From a virus, in the IMG/VR virus record IMGVR_UViG_3300015371_000013, positions 1-64,000 of that record: a DNA stretch of 64,000 bases; one strand, written 5' to 3'. A model generated the notes under the pieces. The model did not search any database. It was not told the DNA's origin and worked only from the letters and a program-made list of their open reading frames with translations. The position numbers and the translations under genes are program-made. Of the stretch, positions 35,824 to 44,300 are shown piece by piece. Every line of letters begins with the position of its first letter. The first letter of the stretch is position 1.

Positions 35824-35955
35824 TTAGACCTGCGAGGTGTACTGGTGACCAACGTCTTGTAGACTGGCGTACACGTCCATTGCAAATATGCTTCCCATCG
35901 CGAGGATGGTGAGCAGGATTACAACGAACATGAGGCGTCCGAGGGACAGGGTCAT
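35824..35955 (-). CDS. 43-aa membrane cassette protein (not in ORF track)
   Basis: AAGGAG RBS; MTLSLGRLMFVVILLTILAMG... Confidence 0.7.
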   Translation of the reverse strand: MTLSLGRLMFVVILLTILAMGSIFAMDVYASLQDVGHQYTSQV

Positions 35956-36043
35956 GAGGTATCTCCTTGTTTAGGTTTGGTTTCATTATACTCCATGAAA
36001 TATGCGCGAAAAAGGAAAGCCCGTGCGGACTCTCCTGTTGAGG

Positions 36044-36262
36044 TTACTTCTTGGGGTTAATGTTCTCGACAGCGCGCCTGGCGGAAGTGAGAGCGATCTG
36101 CTCCTCGAGGTACATGATGCGGGCATTGACCTTGTTGGTGTGGCTCTCGCTAGCGGCAGGGCTAGCGGAAAGCTGCCAACGAGTCATTTCGGCATTCAGG
36201 TACTCGAGGATGGCATCAAGCTTCTCAACTTCTGTAATAGGCTTACGGGTCTTGAAAAACAT
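36044..36262 (-). CDS. Cassette protein
   Basis: RBS, own promoter and terminator. Confidence 0.7.
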   Translation of the reverse strand: MFFKTRKPITEVEKLDAILEYLNAEMTRWQLSASPAASESHTNKVNARIMYLEEQIALTSARRAVENINPKK

Positions 36263-36343
36263 GTTGACTCCTTGATAGTGGTTTCACTATAATCCATGAA
36301 ATATGCGCGAAAAAGGAAAGCCTGGGTAGGCTCTCCTGTGAAA

Positions 36344-36520
36344 CTAATTGTTCTGCTGGGAAACGTCGGCTTCGAACTTGCGCTTATTTCGGCGGTCCAG
36401 ATAGTTGACGAATCCGATACCCACGACGATCAGAGTAGCGTTGAGGGCAACGTACTGAACGGGGTGACTACGAATCCAGTCGTACTGGACCTCCTGAGAC
36501 TTGCGGTAAAGCTTGAACAT
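36344..36520 (-). CDS. Cassette membrane protein
   Basis: GGAG RBS, WIRSHPVQY followed by TM. Confidence 0.7.
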   Translation of the reverse strand: MFKLYRKSQEVQYDWIRSHPVQYVALNATLIVVGIGFVNYLDRRNKRKFEADVSQQNN

Positions 36521-36614
36521 TGGAGTTCTCCAGTGTAGAGGTTTGGTTTCATTATAACCCATGAAATATGCGCGTAAAAAAAGAGAAGCCGGGTTAGGAC
36601 TCCTCTCTAACGAT

Positions 36615-36848
36615 CTAATCGATGGGAATCAGGTCGTAGTGAAATCGCGGAAAGCCGATACGTCTCATCTGGAAACGATAACGACCGGGCGGCACGGTGC
36701 GGAAATCTCCGTCCTGACACATGTTCATGAAAGTTCCGTGAAGAATCTTTTCTTTTTGTGTCGGGTCAGAGGTGACATAGGCAACGTGGGCCACATCGTC
36801 GTCGTTTATAGTGACGAGAATATAGGGTTTTGACGATTTTCGAAACAT
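36615..36848 (-). CDS. Cassette protein
   Basis: GAAAGGA RBS, own promoter and terminator. Confidence 0.7.
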   Translation of the reverse strand: MFRKSSKPYILVTINDDDVAHVAYVTSDPTQKEKILHGTFMNMCQDGDFRTVPPGRYRFQMRRIGFPRFHYDLIPID

Positions 36849-36935
36849 GATGTTCCTTTCGGGTAGGTGTCATTATAAGCTGTGAAATGTTCGCGAAAAA
36901 AGAAAGTCCCGGATTGAGACTCTCTTTTTGACTAC

Positions 36936-37184
36936 TTACACGACAGGACTCGCTTCGTTGAGGACGAAGATGTTGAGGCGATCAGAAGTCCACTTGAGAG
37001 CATCTCCTGGATTGTCCAGCAGCTTCTGGAGATTCTCAGGGCTGACCGAGAGGAACAGATCGCTGGTGTTGTTGGACATCAGGCGATGTGCTCCTACGGC
37101 TCCTGCAATAACTCCAGCACCGTAGACGATGACAGTGTGATGCTTCCGATAGAACTTCTTAGCACGTTGGTACTTGTCGTTCAC
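36936..37184 (-). CDS. Cassette membrane protein
   Basis: GTG start after AAGGAG; TM followed by VSPENL...LDNP. Confidence 0.7.
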   Translation of the reverse strand: MNDKYQRAKKFYRKHHTVIVYGAGVIAGAVGAHRLMSNNTSDLFLSVSPENLQKLLDNPGDALKWTSDRLNIFVLNEASPVV

Positions 37185-37278
37185 GAAATACTCCTTTGAG
37201 TAGTAGGTTGTCACTATACCCCATGAAATATGTGCGAAGACAAAAAGAGAAGCCGCGTTAGGGCTCCTCTCTTTGAGA

Positions 37279-37500
37279 CTACTTCACCATGTAGATGGCG
37301 TAGCCGTGTCCAACGACTTTGACACTCATCTCGAACAGGTCATCGTGGTCAATGATCCTGTGGTTTGTGGTATCGGTGGGGCCATCGATCTCGAAGACGA
37401 ACCAGGTATGTTCTTCTTCAATCTCGGGACGGACGCCACCGTTCAGAACCTGGATCAAATCCAGAGTGTTCTGTTCGATGGGAATGGCGTATGTGGACAC
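37279..37500 (-). CDS. Cassette protein
   Basis: GTG start after AGGAGG. Confidence 0.7.
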   Translation of the reverse strand: MSTYAIPIEQNTLDLIQVLNGGVRPEIEEEHTWFVFEIDGPTDTTNHRIIDHDDLFEMSVKVVGHGYAIYMVK

Positions 37501-37695
37501 GAAAATCCTCCTTTGGTTAGGTGTGGTTTCACTATAAACCATGAAATATACGCGCCAGTATTTACAGTAAATGCGAGTCAGTATCTGGACTTTTCACCAA
37601 AATTACCCCCCGGGAATTTTTTGATAGTGAAAAAAAGAGAGGCTGTGTTTTTCACACGAACCTCTCTCTTCGATAACTTATTTCAGGATTTGGCG

Positions 37696-38046
37696 TTACG
37701 ATCGAGGCTTCATCACGAAGCCAAGCGCGGATCTGCTTCTGATCACATGTTCGCGCTCGTAGCGGGCCAACCAGAGGATCCCGAAGATATTGGCGGCGAC
37801 GACAAGCACGGTGTCCGGGCTGATCTGCTTGCTGAATCCGAATCGTCGTTCATCCGCCAGTTCCTGCTCTTGTTTTTTCAGTTTGGCGGTCTGTTCGACT
37901 TCTTCGATCTTCAGTTTGTGCAGCTCGGAAATATGCTTGACAATCGATGCGTATTCCTCGGAGGTCTTCGCATGGTTTGGCAGCTCTTTGAGGGCGGCTT
38001 GGATCTCAGCATCGAGCTTGGTCTCGATTTGAGTCTTGATAAACAA
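37696..38046 (-). CDS. Conserved membrane protein heading the early region
   Basis: SEEY, ISPDT..VVAANIFGIL..ARYE...VI.S.ALGFV motif. Confidence 0.75.
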   Translation of the reverse strand: MFIKTQIETKLDAEIQAALKELPNHAKTSEEYASIVKHISELHKLKIEEVEQTAKLKKQEQELADERRFGFSKQISPDTVLVVAANIFGILWLARYEREHVIRSRSALGFVMKPRS

Positions 38047-38181
38047 TTACTCTCCTTTGATAGGGTTGTCATTATAGGCTGTGTATCAGCCGCGAAACCC
38101 TATAACCCAGGTAGCCAGGCAATGAGGAAGATGGTCACCACCGCAAATATGCCGATGATGCAGATGACCAAGATCCCTAAC

Positions 38182-38499
38182 CTATTCACGTACCACCTTG
38201 AACGTCACTTCGTCTTTCTTCTCAAGCAATTCTGGATCGTCGTTGAGTTCTAAAGAGAATATCTTCTTATCCCCTACCTCTTTTACAACAAGGTCTCCTC
38301 CTGTAGCATCCTTTTGGTATTTGCTGGAGGACAACTGCAAAAGCACTCCGATAAAGGTATCCACCGCTACAATGGTTCCCACGACTTGTTCCGCCGCCGG
38401 TAGGCCCCAAATCCCTGCCAAGGTGAAATATAACGTTCCCACCGCTGGGAGGGCAATCTGAGCCAGAAACTTGAGTCGATCATAAAGAGTATTGCTCAT
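38182..38499 (-). CDS. Holin (Dp-1-like)
   Basis: [45 protein letters not shown]. Confidence 0.85.
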   Translation of the reverse strand: MSNTLYDRLKFLAQIALPAVGTLYFTLAGIWGLPAAEQVVGTIVAVDTFIGVLLQLSSSKYQKDATGGDLVVKEVGDKKIFSLELNDDPELLEKKDEVTFKVVRE

Positions 38500-38858
38500 T
38501 CCTTGAAACATACGTAGAGGGTCTCCTGGCCTCCTGGGTGATTGATGATGAGACGACCAAATACAAATCCGGCCGGACAAGTAGTACCCCCAGGTTCACC
38601 CTTAGGCCCCGCTGGACCCGGCTCGCCTTTCTCGCCTTTCTCGCCTTTCTCTCCTTTCTCTCCTTGTTCGCCTTTGGGACCCGGTGGCCCGGCTGGGCCT
38701 GGTGGTCCTGGCTCCCCATTTTTGATAGTGATGGTCCTTGTCGGCCCTTCATCGGTTTGGGATACAGCTTGGCTGGCGAAAAATCCTGCGGCCCCTGTGA
38801 GTGCCAGTCCGCTGGCGAGCATTAACGCTGTGATTCGGCTACTCATCAGCCTCTCCAT
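38496..38858 (-). CDS. Membrane-anchored collagen-repeat protein
   Basis: N-terminal TM, Gly-X-Y run, C-terminal CP.GF...C. Confidence 0.75.
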   Translation of the reverse strand: MERLMSSRITALMLASGLALTGAAGFFASQAVSQTDEGPTRTITIKNGEPGPPGPAGPPGPKGEQGEKGEKGEKGEKGEPGPAGPKGEPGGTTCPAGFVFGRLIINHPGGQETLYVCFKE

Positions 38859-39069
38859 ACTTTAGTCGTAGTTCTCGGAGCTCCTTTGAGAGTTTCTCGG
38901 TAGTACGTTCTTCTTCCAGTAGTCGTTCGTGGCACTTACGACTGGCTTCTTCAGCTGCGTTCTTACGGGTTGAAATATGACTTAGGACGGCCATGGCAAT
39001 CCCCATAAGGGAGCAACCCGCCGCAATGATCCCGAATATTGTGGGTTCTGCGATTGCCAACACCATCAT
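38839..39069 (-). CDS. TM plus coiled-coil protein in lysis cassette
   Basis: Hydrophobic N-terminus, charged helical C-terminus. Confidence 0.65.
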   Translation of the reverse strand: MMVLAIAEPTIFGIIAAGCSLMGIAMAVLSHISTRKNAAEEASRKCHERLLEEERTTEKLSKELRELRLKYGEADE

Positions 39070-40281
39070 TCACGTTCCCGCCTCCGGGTTAATAACCGCG
39101 ATCGTTGGGTATTCCCGTTCTCCGCTCTTGTCTTGTGATCGAATATACTCAGTAACTCTAGACTTGGTAATCAGTCCAGTGATGCCCTTGAGCTCAATTA
39201 CGTCTCCCAGCCCGTAGTTCACTCCGTACTTGTAGTCGTTGTTAGGCGACGTCTGACCGTCGATGGCTCGAATATAATTGTGATTGGCCAGAGCGTCCTT
39301 GGCGTTTTGGTCAATAAAGGCTAGGATCTCGTCGGGACCGACAACATACTCTGTCCATCTTTGAAGAACCCCTCCATATATTGTAACTTTTCGACCCACC
39401 GGCTCACCCTCAGCATCGGTTACCATCACCCGTCTCGCAAACCCCTCGGGCTTGGGAAGCGTAGGTTCAGCGTATCGAGTATATAGCTTTCCCTTGTACC
39501 ACACATAGATGACGTTCTTGTAGTCCGCATTGGATCGAATCTCTTTGAGATCCGACAGTGAATCCATGTCAGGCACCAAGCGAACCAGAGGATATGCGCT
39601 GCCCGTGGTGTGATCCACGCCTTTATAAGTCTTGAACTTTAGGACATAGCCCTCATCGATGGTAGCCGAGTCCAAATATAACGAGAGCCCAACTCCCTCC
39701 TGCTGAGCCAGATGGACTATGCCGTCATACAACGGCCCGGTGGGAATCGTGAGTCGTTTGGCGGTTCCCGAAGTATCGGTATCACCCAGTTCAAGATGCT
39801 CGATCGTTTCATAAGGCCAGTCAAGGTTGACCACGTTCTGAAAATCAGTGTACCCGGTACCAGTCATGGGCACCGGATGAATAACCATCTTGTCGACTAC
39901 ATAAGATATGAATTCGCCCGGCTTCTTGGCGTTTGGTTGATCAAGCGTAAAGTCTACAATCTTTGGAGAATTTTCGTCACTGGGATTGTAGTCAGGATTC
40001 TTAAACCATACAAGCCGATTATTGAGAAATTCTATCAGCGACGAGCCTAGAATCGTCATCAGCCGTTCCTCAATCGACTGAGTATGCAAATACATGACCT
40101 CTTTGGTCCCCCGCAAGGCCAGAAACGTACCTGGAGTCAACTTTTCGATGTTACTTGGCGTAGCAGGCACCACCAGTTGTACATCTCCTGCTGAATAATA
40201 TCGTTCTGTCCAGATGGCGGAGACAAATTCGTCAATAACGTCCTTGGGGAGAAAGGTGTCGGTGAGAGTATAGAGATCCAC
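39070..40281 (-). CDS. Minor tail / baseplate hub protein (Pepy6 Gp37-like)
   Basis: SAIWTERY..AGD.QL, YGVNYGLGD.I, RVTEYIRS.D..G...YPT. Confidence 0.8.
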   Translation of the reverse strand: MDLYTLTDTFLPKDVIDEFVSAIWTERYYSAGDVQLVVPATPSNIEKLTPGTFLALRGTKEVMYLHTQSIEERLMTILGSSLIEFLNNRLVWFKNPDYNPSDENSPKIVDFTLDQPNAKKPGEFISYVVDKMVIHPVPMTGTGYTDFQNVVNLDWPYETIEHLELGDTDTSGTAKRLTIPTGPLYDGIVHLAQQEGVGLSLYLDSATIDEGYVLKFKTYKGVDHTTGSAYPLVRLVPDMDSLSDLKEIRSNADYKNVIYVWYKGKLYTRYAEPTLPKPEGFARRVMVTDAEGEPVGRKVTIYGGVLQRWTEYVVGPDEILAFIDQNAKDALANHNYIRAIDGQTSPNNDYKYGVNYGLGDVIELKGITGLITKSRVTEYIRSQDKSGEREYPTIAVINPEAGT

Positions 40282-41129
40282 TACAACCCACCGAACCGGT
40301 TGTAATAGGCCATGACCCAATTTTGCCCCGTCTCAGCTGCTGCTACCGACAGCAGATTAGTCCCCGGACGAATCTCGGGCCACACCGAATCCGCCGTCAT
40401 CTTCGACAATACGTTCGTGACCGCGCCATCCTCTCGAGATACTACCTGGGCCCGCTTTTCGTTTCTCACGGAGCTGAGCTTGAAATATCTCGTCGCATCG
40501 ACCAATACGCCTTCCACCTCAAAGTGTTGAGGATCTTCGGGAGCCTTGGTCTGGATAGTAATATCCCCGGTATAGGTCGGCTTGGCCACTGATCCATCGA
40601 CTCGAAGCTCAAATCCGGTGGATACAGTTCCGACATACTCAAACTCCAACTCAGAGGTGCCATCGTCGACCACGCCTTCATAGAGAGTAGCATCGATGTC
40701 GATGAAATCCGGACGATGACACAGGATGGAGATTTGGATCTCCGGGTCCTCTGAGAATATGTTCGGCTCGAAACTCTCGACCACGCCTTCGATGTCGACC
40801 GTAGGCAAGTCTTCACTGAAGAACCGAAGTTTGGTCCACGCCTCGGGAAGAAAATATGCATACAACTGATGACGAAGATTGGTCATGGTCTGATCGACCC
40901 AGTTCGGGTTTAACCCAAGATTTAAGACGATGTTTCGTTTACCGATAGAGCTGCCTTGAAACAGTTCTCCACGTCCCGAGGCGAAGGCGGTAGAGGCCAG
41001 TTCGGCCTTGACCGGTCCCAATCCGTCGATCGTACGAAGTTGCACTGGGTCATCGTTCGGCATGAAACCGCCCAGCGGGAGCTCTGGCGCGGACGGATTC
41101 GAGCTAAACACTTCCAACCTTCTTAGCAC
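40281..41129 (-). CDS. Distal tail protein (Dit)
   Basis: IDGLGPVKA, RNIVL, G.VES.EPNIFS, W..I.PG.N; follows the TMP. Confidence 0.8.
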   Translation of the reverse strand: MLRRLEVFSSNPSAPELPLGGFMPNDDPVQLRTIDGLGPVKAELASTAFASGRGELFQGSSIGKRNIVLNLGLNPNWVDQTMTNLRHQLYAYFLPEAWTKLRFFSEDLPTVDIEGVVESFEPNIFSEDPEIQISILCHRPDFIDIDATLYEGVVDDGTSELEFEYVGTVSTGFELRVDGSVAKPTYTGDITIQTKAPEDPQHFEVEGVLVDATRYFKLSSVRNEKRAQVVSREDGAVTNVLSKMTADSVWPEIRPGTNLLSVAAAETGQNWVMAYYNRFGGL

Positions 41130-41157
41130 GCTCAGACCTCCTTTCGGAATATGAGTA

Positions 41158-41356
41158 CCTCAGCCAGGCCCCGCAAGGCGATTTCCCACACATTCCTCGA
41201 GGGAGTATGTAGTCCTCACGAGACCTGGCCAAGCTTCCTCAGCCGGGCCCTGGATGACGCGAAGGCAGAGTCGCGGGCGGGCGCAACCCTACCTTTTCCA
41301 GGACCCGGCCAAGTTGATGGCGCGGAGCCCAGAGCTTTGACACCCTGGGCCCCGCG
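41158..41356 (-). ncRNA. Tandem structured RNA units between TMP and Dit
   Basis: Two ~76-nt units with shared CUUGGCC.GG...CC.GGCUGAGG ends, plus a long hairpin. Confidence 0.55.
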
Positions 41357-41362
41357 TACGGG

Positions 41363-44300
41363 CTAGGACACAAGCCCCAGCGCCGACTTGACTTGCGCCA
41401 GTTGATTCTTGGTTTGACGGTAGATCTCCACATCCGACAACTTCTCCGGAGAGTAGTTGTTCTGCGTGTATTCGAAGGTGGGACCCGCTTGGCCACCTTG
41501 GGTGGTTGCAGTCGTTTCCACCCTCGCCTTCTCGGCAGATATAGTGGCTGCTTGCCCAAATGAAGCAGCTGCGGTTATCGGAGTAACGTTGGTGAGACCG
41601 TCTAGATTCTTTGCTTCTCTTTGAACCTTGGAGAGATCGAGCACCGGAGTGATGACCGGATCAACCTCGATGTCATCGGTGATAGCGCTGGATATGGCTG
41701 ACAGGGTGTCTTTGCCGAGCTGTGCGGCCGCAACAGCCGCATCCGAGGAATCCAGCCCTCGAGCCAGACCCTGAGATATGAACTTGCCGATCTCGGCAAA
41801 CACCTCGGACGGCGACTTGATCTTCAGTTGCCGCTTGATGGAACGCACCATCATGTCGGCAAGATTGTCCATCTCCTTCTGAAGATCGGCTCGCTTCGCC
41901 TTCAGACCGTCGACCAGACCCTGAGCTGCTTGAATACCTGCCGCGTAAAGTTCCTTCACGGCTTGGTTTGAGATATTTGTGGCCTGAGCCAACATCTCAG
42001 AATTCAGCTTGTTGATCTCGTCGACCCCACTCTTACCCGAGGCGAGAAGTTGCTCGGCAAATTCTTGCCCAGATGTGCCCTTCTCCAAGAGCTTCTTGTA
42101 GGTTGTATCGTCCAACCCAAGATCTCGTAGCCTTTGCAGAGTCTCATTGTACTTTATAGTGGCGTTAATCTGTTCTTGCAGGGCCTTCTTGTACAAGGCA
42201 ACCTGGTCGATCCTCCGCCGAGCCTCTGCCTTCTTTCGAATTTCGTCGAGCTTCTCTTGACGCGCTGTTTCAGTAAGCTCGGCTTCAGCTACTGCGTCGT
42301 CTACAAGACGATCAATATCCGGCGTACCTGAATACTGATCAAACCTGGACTTACCGTAAGACTCGGCTTCCCCCTTCAGCCTGTCTAGCTCCTGCTGAGC
42401 TGCTTCCAGCTTCTTGGTGACCTTCTCGTAGTCCTTAGAGAGTCCTATGAGTTCCTGCTTCTCTTCTTTGAGCCCTCGATTGAGAACTCGACGAGCCTCG
42501 GACAATTTGTTAAGATTTGCTGTATTCTGACGAATCGAGGCCTGAAGCTCTGCGATCAGTTTCGGATCGCGCTCTTCACCTCGCTTTTTCAGTTCTTCCT
42601 CGAGCTGCTCCTTGTCGGACTTGACTTGGTCTCGAGTCGTCTTGATATCCTGGTTAAGCCGATCTCTCAAACTGGCGAAGGCACTACGAATATCGGACGC
42701 AGATCCGTGAATTCCTTGAGCAAACCCTCTTCCCACTTCTTTGCCGATCTCACGCATGACCTCGGAGGGCGAGTGAACTCCGAGAATATCCTTGATCTGC
42801 TTGATCATTCCCACGGCCGACTGCTCGCCTGACTTTTGAACCATCTTAGCGTTGTCATCGACGCCCTTGGCAAAGCCCTGCATGGTGAACTTGCCGATCT
42901 CCATGAACACCGAGGAGGGTGAATGAATGCCAAGAATCTTCTTGGCCCAGCCCGGAAGCTTTCCGAACACGGCATCGAGAACTCTCTTCAAAAGTCCGCT
43001 GAGCTTTCCGAACTGATCGACAAGCCCGTCAATGATGGCGTCAGCCACTCCGGCCCCTGCCGAGAACAAATCGTCGAAATTATCCCGAATAGATTTCTCA
43101 AGACCGTTGAGGAACCTGATGATGGCCCTGAACCCGACATTGGCCAGCCCTGAGAGACCATCGGCAATGCCGTTCAGGAACTTGCGTGCGACTTCAAGTC
43201 CCTTCTGAACCAGTCTCGGAATTGCATCCCCGATACCATCCATGAACTTGAGAATAAGATTGGTACCAGCGGCGATAATCCTGGGGACCTGAGTCGCAAT
43301 CGAATTGATGAACTTGATGACCAGATTGGCCCCGGAGGCAACAATCTTCGGAATATGCGACGCCACCGAATTGATATAGAGGGTGATCATCTTGGCCACA
43401 AGGGCAATGATCCGTGGAATCTGAACCGCGACCCCGGCCAGGAACTTGAACAGCAGATTGCCGCCCGCTTGCGTGATCTTGGGCATCTGCATGGCCAAAG
43501 CGTTGAGGAACTTGGTAACGATCTCCCCTACCTTGGTCACCACTTGACCAATATTCTGAGATATACCGTTGAGCAGGCCCAACAACAATTTCATACCTGC
43601 TGCTTGGATCTTTGGCACATTCTCTATCAGCACCTGGAGAATGGAATTCACCAGGACCCCGATACCGATGGCCAGCTTGGGCGCGTTCTCAGTGACAAAT
43701 TTGATAATGAAATCAAGCATCTTCCCCAAGGCTTCAAGCACCTTGGGTGACAGCTTGGTCAACTCTTCGACAATGCTCAGCAAACCCTTGACAAAGGTGA
43801 TGACCAGTGTCGGTATTGCCGCGACGAAGGCAGTCAAAGCCGTGACCATGACGGCTATGCCTTTTCCACCTTCTCCGGCCAACAGAGAAAGCGCCTTGGC
43901 GAATATGAACACCGCCGTGGCGGTTAGGAGAAATACCCCAGCCAACGGCAATAGGGCTACGCCCAGAGACACCAACCCAGGTCCGGCCAGCAGACCCGCT
44001 ACCGCTAGCGTACCCAGAGCCAAAGCCACCGCGGCCAATCCCTTAAATATGGTTCCCCAATCCAAGGTCCCCAAGAAAGCCAGAGTAGGAGCCAGCAGAG
44101 CTAGTGCCACCGAAGCCGCCAGCAAGGCTACTGAACCGGCGAGAGTACCTGTCATGGCCGTGAGACCCACGGCAAGAATAACCAGCGCCCCGGCCATGGC
44201 GACCAATCCCTTGACCAAGGTGTCTACGCCCAGATTACCGAGAATTCCGATCGCCTTGGCGAGAACCACCATGGCTCCTGAAACGATGAGCACCCCAGCC

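Larger units (their letters stand above)
33900..38094 (-). repeat. Array of promoter-RBS-gene-terminator cassettes (13 promoter copies)
   Basis: Promoters at 34170, 34299, 34952, 35235, 35469, 35757, 35985, 36286, 36551, 36872, 37213, 37531, 38071 (24 bp each); most abut a terminator T-run; 32 nt identical at 34972-35003 and 36005-36036. Confidence 0.85.

Noticed and set aside
33900-38094. CRISPR array or integron attC array
   Set aside because: Repeats are degenerate promoter/terminator junctions separated by whole genes; no cas operon, no tyrosine integrase, no attC core sites
41158-41313. TIGR or box C/D guide array
   Set aside because: Only two ~76-nt units, no box C, and no Nop-domain protein recognised in the window
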